Origin: a virus
Reading direction: 5' to 3' (one strand)
Virus record (IMG/VR): IMGVR_UViG_3300012954_000009
Coordinates: 1-64,000 of that record
DNA: 64,000 nucleotides
The position numbers were made by a program, and so were the translations under genes. Below are positions 46,901 to 55,803 of the stretch, piece by piece (the first letter of the stretch is position 1; every line of letters starts with the position of its first letter). Below the pieces are notes generated by a model. It saw only the letters and a list, made by a program, of their open reading frames with translations, did no database searches and was not told the origin of the DNA.

Positions 46901-49900
46901 TGAAGTTTTAGCTCTTACAGTTTTAGTAAAAGTATCTGTTTCCTTTGCTTCTCTAAGTATATAACCAGTCTTTGTAAACTTAATATTTCTCTTCTTACCA
47001 CTATTATAGTCTACTATGTTTCTTTCAGTTGCTGTATCAGGATTTGTTTCTTTTTTTATTCTTTCAAACTCTGCTTTAATTTGATTTTTAAATACATTAA
47101 GAGCTTGATCAGTCAATACTATTTCACCTTTCTTATTTTCAACAGCTTTGATGATTGGAAGTTTTGCCATATCACCAGTATTAGAAGCCTCAATAACTCT
47201 TATCAATACAGGAGCTAAAGCTGTTTCTACAAGCTCACCTGTCACAGGATCTTCTGTAATAATTACTTGATCCATTCTACCTGTATTATTTCTAAATAAA
47301 TAAGTATATGAGTTAACTAAGTTTGTAATAAAATCCTTTGGAGTAAAGTCACCATACGTTGTACCTGTACTTCTTGATTCATCTACACCATCTTCTGTAA
47401 TATCTATGTTACCTGTTTTACCACCTGATATTCTAGTAATCCCTATCATACCAGCAGAAGCCATGCTTATAAACGCATCATTATTTAGTAACCAGTTATT
47501 AATTAAGAAGTCATCATCCTTTGTTTTAAGATCTTCTAACAGCTCAGGATTATTTAATGCAGCCATTCTTTTTAAATGATATGTAGGCTTTTGATGTGCG
47601 TATACTAAGTCACCGTTTGCATTTTTAAATACTGATGCACCAATTGTTTCATCAAATGGAGCGTTTGTCATAGACATTTTTTTAAGCACTCCCTGCATAC
47701 CTACCTCAGATGTACTAAATACATATACATTATTTTTTATGGTACCTTTTAAATTACTAAGGTCTTCTGAGTCTAATGGTTCTGCGTTTTGATAAGCATC
47801 TAATAGTAGTTTTTCATCTGCAGAAAGATTCTCAGGTTTTACTCTTTGTAGTATGCTATACTTAATAAATGTAGGACTTATAGTAATACCAACTGTTCTA
47901 GATAAGTTCTTTGATAGTCTTGTAAATAGATCATTACCGTTCTCATCTTCCTTATACATATTCTCTTTAGTCTTTTTACCTAAAGGTTTATTTGGTGAAA
48001 CTGCACTCTGTAAAACATTTAGTACGCTAACAGCTTCATCTCTTGCTGTTTTATCTACTGATAAACTATTTCTGTAAAGGAAGCTATAAGCTTGACCCCA
48101 CTTATCTATCTGTGAACTTGCATCATCTCTATTTGCTGCAGAATACGTTAATACTCTTCCGTTCTTATTTCTATGTATAAAGATGTAGTCAACTCTAAAG
48201 TTTTCCATACCCTTGATAAGAGCATTAAAAAACAGAGGATTCTCAACACCTTCTGTCCATTGATTATTATTTATTTTATCCTGAGTGATCCCAAGGTCAT
48301 TAAAAAATCTATTAACAACAGCTCCTGTTTGTGGATTTGTTTGACCAAATACATATAACTGTTTTAGTATTTGTGTTGGATCTGTGGTATTCTTTACAGC
48401 TTTTAGCATACCATTATATACTTCTGCAAAATCTACAGGAACAATAAGTTTTTCTCCAGGTGTTAATTCTGTATTTCCAAAGATGTCTTGCTGTTCTAGC
48501 GTAGTAGTCATTATATAACGTCTAAGCTTTGCAGATAAAGAATTAAATCCACCAATTAATGATGCATCTACATCCCAATTATCAACGTTTCTTAAACCTT
48601 GACTATCTTCTTTTTGCTCTGCCACAAATATTTGATCTTCTAAATTTATATCTACAAGATTTAAAAACTTAGATACAGAGTTTTTAATTTCTTCAGGGAA
48701 GTTTTCTAATGCATCACTATAGTCATTCATTAGTAGTAGCCTCTCGGTAGTTTGATTTTCATTAGCAGGACTACCTACATCATATAGCTTTTTAAAATCT
48801 TTTAAGACATCATCTAATAACTCTTCTCTTGTTATATTTGCATTAGTATTAGCCTCTTCTCTTTGTATATAAATAGCAGCCATGCTTCTGACCATTGCAT
48901 TAGCATTGTCAGAATCTAAATATTGAAAACCAACCTTATCTCCTACCTCTATCTTTTCAAAAGGCACTAGAGCATTTGCTTCTATTGTTAACCCCTGTAA
49001 CGCAGCTTGTGTAAAGCGGTTTTCAACCGGTTGTGCTGACTTATACTTACCAGAATCAATATTTTTAAATAGCTCTGTAAGCTCATTCTTACTGTATACA
49101 CCCAGTACAGATTTAATCCATTCAAGGATTCTAGTGAATAAAGACTTAACCTCACTACTTGTGTTAGTGTCTTTTGGGCTCGTCTTGAATTTCTCAAATT
49201 CATCTGCCAAATACTCTTCATAATACTCTTCTATCAAACGTGCTTCTGACATATTCTGATATGTGTCAGCAGAGTTTCTAAATTTATTTAATTCTTCTTT
49301 AAAGTTTTTACCCTCAGCTCTTAGCTTAGCTCTTACTTCTCTTCTTGCTATACCTAGATATTTAGTTATCTCTTGATCAGTAAGTAGCATTCTAAATACA
49401 CCGTGGAATGCTTCATGATATTTAAATGGGCTTGTTGCTCCTGTATATATAGTACCTTTAACATTAAGACCACCAGCTAAACTGTTAAGACCTAAAACAA
49501 ATGCACCAACTCTAACACCACCTGCTTTCTGATTATTAGCTAATGTTCTTATATCTTGTACAGTAATATATGCTGGTAAGTTAGCAATAGCCCACGCTTC
49601 AAACTCATCTATACTTGTAACATCTGTAACTGATAGCTCAGGACTTATTACTTTATTAGCAATAAGATTATTTAATTCTGCATTTAATCTTTTTAATTCA
49701 GCATCTTGTTTAAGTGCTTTCTTTAAATTCTTTAATTGCTTTGCAGCTTTTAACTCTTCTGTAATCTGAGCTTTTCTAGCTTTAATATCTTCTTTTAACT
49801 TAGCTTTTTGAATTTCTAAATTAGCTTGTGGATTATTAGAAGCAAGTTCTTTAATCTTTTTGTTAACCTGTGCTGTTTTATCAGACATTATTGCAGTCTC

Positions 49901-52900
49901 TCTATCTGATAAAGTTTCTCCTGTCATTACTTTTCTTGCAATGTTCTCTATTCTTTCATTGCTAACTTTACCATTATCAATAAAGGCTTGATACTCTTGA
50001 TCAGAAATTTGTCCAATAGGTGCATCTTCTTCACTCATTTGAGCAACCATGTCTTCTAGAGTCCTAGTATTCTGTTTTTCTTGCTCAGTCTTTTTCTCTT
50101 CTACGTTAGCTGCATCTTCACTAGCTTGCATGCTAGCAGAATCTTGCGTAAGATCCAATCTTATATTGCTTCTAACTCTACCATCTAGTGTTGTAGTAGT
50201 AAGGTCAACCAAGTTTCTAACACCTTTATCTGAAGAAGTAACAGGTATTTTCATATCAAAGCTCTCCTTCATATTCTTTGTGGTGACTTTGATACCTTTT
50301 TCTTTGGCTACTTCTGTTTCATTCAATAAATCAAATAGTTCTGCTACATCCCCATAGCTTTCTGACTCTGCTATTTTTGCTACACCCTCTTGAGATATTA
50401 CAATAGGATTTGGTTTACCTTTTAGTTTACCCTTAGTGTGTAGTATAATAGGCTTACCCGTCTCTTTATCTATAATATTTGCTTCTATTCTACCTCCTGG
50501 ATCTACTCTTAACTGTATCTTATAACCAGGAATTGTAGAGATAAAAATATCTTTAGTAAAGTCTTCATTCCATTTCTTATTATAAACTAAGTCTTTTCTT
50601 TTTGACTGGCTTACATTTTCTGGATCAGATAAGTTTTCTTGTCTTGTTTTAACTGCTCTATCTATAAGTTGCTTAAACTTGTCATTGACAGCTGCTGGTG
50701 TAAGTTCTGCTGGGTTTAGTTGTGCTAAAGTATAAACACCCATAGGAGACTTTATGATTGCAACATATGCTCCCATATTTCTTGCTGTCTTATATAATCC
50801 TTGTGATGTTAAATCTTGTTTTATTTTTTCTACAACTGCTGCCTCTTCTTCAGCATCTTCTATATTAGTCTTAAAGTCTTCCCTTCTTGTTACTTTTGTT
50901 TTACCATTCTCATCTACATCAGTCTGGTATCTGTTATCTAGAATAACAATATTACCATCAACAGTATAGTAGTCTAATTCCGTTAGAGACTTAGGTGCAT
51001 CAAAGCTAAATGATCCTTCATTATATGTAAATCCAAAACCAGTACCTAAGAAATCACTAAGTTTTACAGTAACTGTGCTATTCTTACCTAACTTCTTTTC
51101 AACAAACTCTAAGAAGTTAGCTGATATAGTAAAGTTATCTCTAATTTTAGAAAGTGCATTTACTTGATTACCAAAGAATGTATTTTGCGCAGTATCTTTA
51201 TCTATTGTTCTAGGATCAATAGCTTGACCTTGTTTATTGTAAATAACAACATTGTCATTTGGTACATATCCAAATATACCACTTGCACTATCAGACGGTT
51301 TAATACCTTTTGATTTTAAAATACTATTTATTTTTTTAGCAACTTTTGGGTTTCCTATCTTAAGAGCAATAGTATATTTCTCTGACTTTCTCTTTATATA
51401 TGGGTTTGAAGATTTACCTTCATATGCATAGTTCTCTCCTATAACCCCTCCATTAGGATTTACAGTTATAACTAGTTCTATAGTAGCTCTTTCTTCTGGA
51501 GTAAGCTCAGTCATAATCACATCATATCTTCTCTGAGCTTCTTCTCTTGATTCTCCTTTGTTTTGATGAGCATATGTTTTAGTTGGTTCACTAATTTGTA
51601 ATCTACTTACATCAGTTGGTACCGTGCTAAAGTCTAGTGTATCTATTATTGTATATGCATTAGCAAACTCACCCGGTTTGATTACTTTTGTAGCATCTTT
51701 TCTTTCTTGACCTTTTGTATCTACTTTATCAACAGGAAGCAAGGAAAGATTTCCAAACTTTTCTAGAGATGTAGGAGATGTAGTTACTATAAATTTGTTA
51801 CCGTCTGCATCTTCTACTTCTGTACCATATGATAACATTATATCATTTCCGTTTACATCTTTATCAAATGCAAACGTATCTGATGTAGGTACTTTTTCTG
51901 CTAAAGTATTTAAACCTTTTACTGCTGCCCCTACTTTGCTATATACTCCATTTGGTGTTAATTCAGCTGCTTGTAAAAGTTCTTCTGATACATCTTTATT
52001 ATCAACAGTTCTAATTTGCCAGTACTTTGTGGCATCTCCTGAGTCTGGATCTATAGTAGAAAACTCTACAACAACATAACCACCTCTTGGTTTTCCAATA
52101 ACTTTACCACCATACTCTACTTCTTGAACACCGTCTCCTAAATCTTCTGCTTGTTCTACTGTATAGAAGTCATTGTATGTCAATCCACCTGCCTCAAGAA
52201 TATCTTTTACATCTGGATTTGTTTCTTGATTTACTAACCATGATGTAAAACCTTGATCAGTATTATAGGCTTCCATTAGATCTTTCTGTGATTTATACTC
52301 TTCTTTTAAACCACCTTTGTCATACCAATACTTTTTAAGAGCTTCATAAGCTTTTACTGCCAACACAGCTTCTTGTGAATTTAACCAAGCTGCTTGACTC
52401 TTAGCTTTCTTACCAAGAGATTGCTGATCTCTCTTATGCTTTCTATATAATTTATTTAGCAGTGCTTTAATTGTAGGATTCTGTGTAGTATCAGTACCAA
52501 ACGTTTGACTTTCTGGAGCATTTATTTCTGCATTATCTAACACACTATCAATCTTATCCTCTGACTCTTTAGTTTCTTTAGCTCTTGTTTCTGCAGCTTG
52601 TGGATCTTGTTGTACATCTTCTGTATCAGATATGTCCATACTATCATTATAATTATCAATGGCTGCACGGACTTTTAGATATAAATCTTTATCCATTTTA
52701 GGATCAACAACACCTTGTTCATTAAAGAATAATTGTAGGTATCTTGCATCTCCTGTTTTTAGGAACATCTCAGCTTGATCAGCATCAGGGTATACACCTA
52801 AATCATTTAATTTATTGAGTAATAAATTTGCTTCAATCTTGTTAATATACTTCTTTACTCTCTTTTCAAAATCAGTCTTGTTCTTTTTAAATAGCTCTTT

Positions 52901-55798
52901 GTTGATAGCATACTGTCTCGCAACAATTTTATCTAATTGTTCAGGATTGCTTAAATATTGTATTGCTTTATCATATGTTTTTGCTCTACCTTTTAGTGCT
53001 TTGTAGTCTACAATTTTCTTCAATACCTCATCTATTCTTGCATTATCTACAAACCCATCTTTACTCTCTGCTAGGAACTGGACATAGTTTTGAAATACAC
53101 TTCTTACTTTACCTATCTTTCTTCTATCAAAAGAACCATCTTTAGTAAGATTCTTTGGATCATTTAATATTTTTCTAATAGCATCTAAACGTTTTGCTTT
53201 GTCTACTAGTTTTTTCTTCTGTTCTTTATTTCCTTCTATGTCATCTAGAACTGCAGCTTCAGTCATTAAAGTCTGAATCTCTTTTGTAAGAGTGTCCTTA
53301 TCTAATAACACTGTTAAATCAGAAGCCTCTAACTTTGATAAGATAGGATCTGCAGCTAGTTCATTATATATTTTATTTGATCTTTCAAGTGCTCTGTTGA
53401 AACCATCTTCAGTAAACATTTGCAAGAACCTAGCATGTTCAAATGCTATTTCTTTTAATGCCTCATCATTATACTCTCTTGTTCCTTTTTCAAACTTACT
53501 TCTATCAAAAGGATTTACATACTTATCTTTATTTCTATTATATCTATCTTCATAAGTATCTATCTGACCAAGCATGTCTGTTATCCTTTCTCTAAGCTTA
53601 CCTGATTTAATTTCTTTTTTAGATGCAGGAAATGCTTCTGATAGTTCTTGATCTGTCAAGTTTAAAAAGTCTTGAAGTTGGTTTCTAAATAAACCTGCTG
53701 TTCCATTTTGGAATATGGTGTGATACTGATGAAACTTACCAAAGTCTTTTGCATCTGTAAAACCAAATTGATCTTGGTCATATAGATTTTTCTTCATTTC
53801 ATTTGCAACTTCTTTTTGCACCATGAAGTTCATCTTCTGTGGATCAAATAATGCGCTAGGATCTTCTGCTTGTTTATTCCATGCTTCATTATGTGTGTCT
53901 ACAAGAGACTTAATAAAATTTTCTCTCTTCTGTTTTATATCAGCCATACCTTTAGGATCAGTAACCCTTTGGTACACATAAGGTAAAGCTTGGAAATATA
54001 GCTTTTGCGGTCCTTGCACAATACCACCCATCAAGAAACCAGACATAAATGTTTCAAAACCTTGTGCACTAAACTGACTACCAACTGCTGATGCAACAAC
54101 ATTACTATGTAGATCAATACCTCCTTGCGTTGGATCATTCAATACTGCAGAATAGTAGTCTTTAGTTCCTTTTGATATAGCTTCTTGAGCAACTTCTTGA
54201 ATACCCTCCGCAAGATTTTGTGAAAAGTATCTTAGACTGGCACCAGCCGCCATAGACAGTGATCCTTTTACACCTGCAGCTTTTAATCTATTAAAATAAC
54301 CTTTGATTCCCGTTCCTGCATCTTTAAATACATTCTTTGCAATTTTACCATCAGCACCAATTGTCTTAGTTCCTTGTATAATTCTTCTACCAAATCCCGT
54401 TATTCTATCATTCATTAATCTACCAAGTGACTTATTAAAACCACCCATTGCATTACCTAAGACAAACTGATTTGATAAGTATATAAGAGGAGCATTCCTC
54501 ATGATTGTTCCAAATGCTGCTTTCTCTGCATTCTCAGCAATACCTTCCATTTGTTCAGGTGATATATTCTCATTACCACTCTTGGCTCTTTCTATAAGCA
54601 TACCATTAGATATCTGCTGTTGGTACACCATACCCCCTTCAAGTTTAGACTCAGCCATAGCAAGGTTTAGTGATCTTGCATCTCTATAGAATCCTCCCAT
54701 AAATTTACTGGCCTTAGCCATATTGGTAAGATTCTGAGCACCATTCTTAGCTGTATGTAAACCTTTAACAGCAGCCATAGTCTCAGGAACAAACAATGTA
54801 CCTATTGCACCCCACTCACCAGCTTTAGTTGCTTTCCAAAAATCTCTTGCTTTATCAACATTATTTATCGTCTTAAGCATATTCCTTGTAGCCTTAGCCA
54901 TTCTAGTAATAGCAAAACTATTTGCAATAGCTTTTCCAATTCTACCAAAATTCCACGCTGTTCTTGCAGCTGCCGGTCCTCCTGCAGCACCACCTGTAGC
55001 TAATGTTGCACCTGCTAATAATAATTCTTCTACTGCAATAGATGATATAATACCTACAGTATATCCACTATTTAAAAGCATGTTATTTGCAAAGCCACCA
55101 AAACCACCTCTAGAAGACATACCTATAGCCATTGCATCCTCAAACTCTCCAGCTGTTTTAAGATCTGGTGCACTAAAATAAGGGTCTGCATCAAATAAGT
55201 CACCTACAGATCTATATACACTTGTAAATCCAGAACCTACAAGTCTTCCAAATTGACCCCACATTCTAGACATATCATCATATATATCTGAATTAGCATT
55301 ATAAAATTCTTCATTATTTGCATATGGATGAAAACCTAATTCAGCAAACTTAGGATGCTCGTAATATCTATCAAAACCAGATGCTTTTCTACTAGCATAT
55401 ATAGGATCTTCTATAAAAGGTTTTTCTGGACCTAAATCAACTCTGCCTGGATTGTCTATTAAGTTCTGTAGATTACGCATAACACCCTCTTCAGTACTTA
55501 TATCAGCGGGAAGTTGTTGTAATCTTGGATTGTACTGACCTACACTATTTTCAGGATAAGGTGTATTCATATTAGCCAATGAAGTTGGTGCATAACTATT
55601 TATGACCGGCTTATAAGAGTCCAGCATTTTTACATAGTCAGCATCTAAGCTTGGATCAAACTCTTCTGTATTAGGTCCTTCCCACCACTGATCTGTAGGT
55701 ATAAACTCAAATCTATCAGTAGGAACCGATGCAGGTACTGTACTAGCACCTAGCCCTGCTGATTCAGCATTTATTTTTGGTTCATTTGGTAAGCTCAT
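40967..55798 (-). CDS. Giant virion-packaged RNA polymerase polyprotein, 4943 aa
   Basis: RIPSQ (44567-44581) and GADFDIDK (DFDIDK at 44447-44464) catalytic motifs as in crAss-like virion RNAP; HEAFH zincin at 49403-49417; hydrophobic N-terminal segments. Confidence 0.93.
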   Translation of the reverse strand: MSLPNEPKINAESAGLGASTVPASVPTDRFEFIPTDQWWEGPNTEEFDPSLDADYVKMLDSYKPVINSYAPTSLANMNTPYPENSVGQYNPRLQQLPADISTEEGVMRNLQNLIDNPGRVDLGPEKPFIEDPIYASRKASGFDRYYEHPKFAELGFHPYANNEEFYNANSDIYDDMSRMWGQFGRLVGSGFTSVYRSVGDLFDADPYFSAPDLKTAGEFEDAMAIGMSSRGGFGGFANNMLLNSGYTVGIISSIAVEELLLAGATLATGGAAGGPAAARTAWNFGRIGKAIANSFAITRMAKATRNMLKTINNVDKARDFWKATKAGEWGAIGTLFVPETMAAVKGLHTAKNGAQNLTNMAKASKFMGGFYRDARSLNLAMAESKLEGGMVYQQQISNGMLIERAKSGNENISPEQMEGIAENAEKAAFGTIMRNAPLIYLSNQFVLGNAMGGFNKSLGRLMNDRITGFGRRIIQGTKTIGADGKIAKNVFKDAGTGIKGYFNRLKAAGVKGSLSMAAGASLRYFSQNLAEGIQEVAQEAISKGTKDYYSAVLNDPTQGGIDLHSNVVASAVGSQFSAQGFETFMSGFLMGGIVQGPQKLYFQALPYVYQRVTDPKGMADIKQKRENFIKSLVDTHNEAWNKQAEDPSALFDPQKMNFMVQKEVANEMKKNLYDQDQFGFTDAKDFGKFHQYHTIFQNGTAGLFRNQLQDFLNLTDQELSEAFPASKKEIKSGKLRERITDMLGQIDTYEDRYNRNKDKYVNPFDRSKFEKGTREYNDEALKEIAFEHARFLQMFTEDGFNRALERSNKIYNELAADPILSKLEASDLTVLLDKDTLTKEIQTLMTEAAVLDDIEGNKEQKKKLVDKAKRLDAIRKILNDPKNLTKDGSFDRRKIGKVRSVFQNYVQFLAESKDGFVDNARIDEVLKKIVDYKALKGRAKTYDKAIQYLSNPEQLDKIVARQYAINKELFKKNKTDFEKRVKKYINKIEANLLLNKLNDLGVYPDADQAEMFLKTGDARYLQLFFNEQGVVDPKMDKDLYLKVRAAIDNYNDSMDISDTEDVQQDPQAAETRAKETKESEDKIDSVLDNAEINAPESQTFGTDTTQNPTIKALLNKLYRKHKRDQQSLGKKAKSQAAWLNSQEAVLAVKAYEALKKYWYDKGGLKEEYKSQKDLMEAYNTDQGFTSWLVNQETNPDVKDILEAGGLTYNDFYTVEQAEDLGDGVQEVEYGGKVIGKPRGGYVVVEFSTIDPDSGDATKYWQIRTVDNKDVSEELLQAAELTPNGVYSKVGAAVKGLNTLAEKVPTSDTFAFDKDVNGNDIMLSYGTEVEDADGNKFIVTTSPTSLEKFGNLSLLPVDKVDTKGQERKDATKVIKPGEFANAYTIIDTLDFSTVPTDVSRLQISEPTKTYAHQNKGESREEAQRRYDVIMTELTPEERATIELVITVNPNGGVIGENYAYEGKSSNPYIKRKSEKYTIALKIGNPKVAKKINSILKSKGIKPSDSASGIFGYVPNDNVVIYNKQGQAIDPRTIDKDTAQNTFFGNQVNALSKIRDNFTISANFLEFVEKKLGKNSTVTVKLSDFLGTGFGFTYNEGSFSFDAPKSLTELDYYTVDGNIVILDNRYQTDVDENGKTKVTRREDFKTNIEDAEEEAAVVEKIKQDLTSQGLYKTARNMGAYVAIIKSPMGVYTLAQLNPAELTPAAVNDKFKQLIDRAVKTRQENLSDPENVSQSKRKDLVYNKKWNEDFTKDIFISTIPGYKIQLRVDPGGRIEANIIDKETGKPIILHTKGKLKGKPNPIVISQEGVAKIAESESYGDVAELFDLLNETEVAKEKGIKVTTKNMKESFDMKIPVTSSDKGVRNLVDLTTTTLDGRVRSNIRLDLTQDSASMQASEDAANVEEKKTEQEKQNTRTLEDMVAQMSEEDAPIGQISDQEYQAFIDNGKVSNERIENIARKVMTGETLSDRETAIMSDKTAQVNKKIKELASNNPQANLEIQKAKLKEDIKARKAQITEELKAAKQLKNLKKALKQDAELKRLNAELNNLIANKVISPELSVTDVTSIDEFEAWAIANLPAYITVQDIRTLANNQKAGGVRVGAFVLGLNSLAGGLNVKGTIYTGATSPFKYHEAFHGVFRMLLTDQEITKYLGIARREVRAKLRAEGKNFKEELNKFRNSADTYQNMSEARLIEEYYEEYLADEFEKFKTSPKDTNTSSEVKSLFTRILEWIKSVLGVYSKNELTELFKNIDSGKYKSAQPVENRFTQAALQGLTIEANALVPFEKIEVGDKVGFQYLDSDNANAMVRSMAAIYIQREEANTNANITREELLDDVLKDFKKLYDVGSPANENQTTERLLLMNDYSDALENFPEEIKNSVSKFLNLVDINLEDQIFVAEQKEDSQGLRNVDNWDVDASLIGGFNSLSAKLRRYIMTTTLEQQDIFGNTELTPGEKLIVPVDFAEVYNGMLKAVKNTTDPTQILKQLYVFGQTNPQTGAVVNRFFNDLGITQDKINNNQWTEGVENPLFFNALIKGMENFRVDYIFIHRNKNGRVLTYSAANRDDASSQIDKWGQAYSFLYRNSLSVDKTARDEAVSVLNVLQSAVSPNKPLGKKTKENMYKEDENGNDLFTRLSKNLSRTVGITISPTFIKYSILQRVKPENLSADEKLLLDAYQNAEPLDSEDLSNLKGTIKNNVYVFSTSEVGMQGVLKKMSMTNAPFDETIGASVFKNANGDLVYAHQKPTYHLKRMAALNNPELLEDLKTKDDDFLINNWLLNNDAFISMASAGMIGITRISGGKTGNIDITEDGVDESRSTGTTYGDFTPKDFITNLVNSYTYLFRNNTGRMDQVIITEDPVTGELVETALAPVLIRVIEASNTGDMAKLPIIKAVENKKGEIVLTDQALNVFKNQIKAEFERIKKETNPDTATERNIVDYNSGKKRNIKFTKTGYILREAKETDTFTKTVRAKTSEVQVNRIKEGDQNAFVYNEKNAKNVIKFTADNEVRNVLIQQFDKATNSFEGPIKSLGKTRVNSENRDRIINLLGAAVSNEKTDTHTNPVRIGEAQYWVESGDMRQFLKGTKEMFLYEVVRTEDNATEDTDGASEVINNYETYLESKINEAYRNGEDISFEDAIGDQAAFDNFLRDRLEQEYLNFRRKLDSVANESDLSTYIRNGLQNANGSVTPEVRLSNRLLNLTDDINYNLRQIFFNNWINASELNKVLLGDVAMTLKDPTDEVKRAKAQNAAYDSVASIIKAEEYGINHPLQKMNLFAFTEPSVDNTFNDGKTDNADAQLWMTTKAFRYMWFGLGKLSAKQADLLNRIEKGEDIAYEELVGNADQTNESYAKASEMINSKKFVYADGKTFVKMSAFVLTPEYTSTKESGFTEPKANKVRLHNLRVKLEEFEKGKETIALAAPVSALKMLKENVNPLSELDNTNAFKEDQSMVLDANFMGLQTVNPSNKLLVTDPTQVKTLVTSEQNDNTPVILNGEKTTVGKIRENYNKAVSDRVTLKYLNRRNSLFNFDIEYANELLKESIAEGEIKPDLYIYLKYAQSSLEASNATSNTLEMFSLDETGQQKYNLNNPQTVKKFEELFLSFFSKGVLAEKTTGMSLALVSDYGVRIYRRVLSVDENGMPDKHEVIREDVWERMGSKPEIVANIDEGGYQEGNDKNLDGLAGLVENAGSEGVVIIDRLRSNMKVYNDQGQYQQERYTESIMPAHHADVGNLIKDTDKAMPEAVSKMFGVRIPSQDNHSTVNIRMVDFMPTYYGSSAVFARELIEISGADFDIDKVYVQSKDFYEEDGEFFEYGKAKTEDGKYSDYIRAINNSVKKPGTGINEALLKFRNSGAEVTVDFDQGSDAGFNEDAMKALSALGLPITFEQYTEYKEKTGHEPYIEAISNEIVDYKSTLMGNEHVTNTPGEDVPITYQPAVTQPLEDLLQELAAEVPYFKQMLDNEDIDVDSPLGQLLSFEANKAGAKSIGAVVLPNLYLNLLQEYGITIEQITAGKQRTTTQLELGGKEYNSFSETQDSNGNYRNQYVLSALITAMTDNGKLRLSGKLGLNRDALATVASMTALGVPIKTSILLINHPSLRQLYYQATNKDDQFDAGIATLVRERLANLEEEFGDLSEVEVTDALLIDEIDANYKISMSKAGLAKKVKDDEFTRDQAIKEYSTLKQFQTAHSIKTYLGKLSSVMNLTNGLGATVTDIASRKQDLKDLGIGLSDKAYKVYREKRIAAKQPLIDVRPMFKNTWQGQYIKIFNEIESKILPKVFLTQTPLFKDLYNKVMTNMNSRMLTDEVKENIRIDILAYLTIKAYDKKLVDNDPVKAGSLSNSLIYPQLEGEKITDVVERLRSIDNNNFFLDSFVILENANQEGNKDGIDKAAANTFNRISDSQKVNLQSSFARLYGNLETRNDAVKIIHYMMVKDGFRYGYQSLLDAVTPFTYDTYLEQVNNVESALRDGSNRFFESTFGMNYNDLVEDFLKGYLTSASNRRDLRNTYNIATYNPNPTKIEIQSSPYKPHTVSINENTLYVFGDNASALGKDGNRSVRDNGNSFGVIYKKGLADIESNYYTNEELDTFVANFEAQLDALDSLIGQYENVKFPKYLIPRSELKALQKNSPEVFKYIKDSLNNRFGYNIADGKKAVSKSSQNANKQVAYIDETTETSKLIVNVYPGQRITQSDDFLSVRKPSNSKSGNAENTLARKNISTTLEKSGDRSYMEALLPYVIKVNVGTQDQPRYRYFELSKVQSVNPQPITAANLVSGNYAEYVEVEPMGSDSQNPIGFMFGERPTMIEVRKYVRNTTGQDTADNYGDVLDEIDKINIGDGPTDSAQKIAQGAPVEYDGKNTTVGEVPQAELVEREVTEDDIQNDNQAIAALLGNTSSSTNETTNPELTEYWDDNIQQDSKKKATLAENGINSLEDFINEYETGTYASEQEFLDKLKECYNI

Positions 55799-55803
55799 AT
55801 TAT

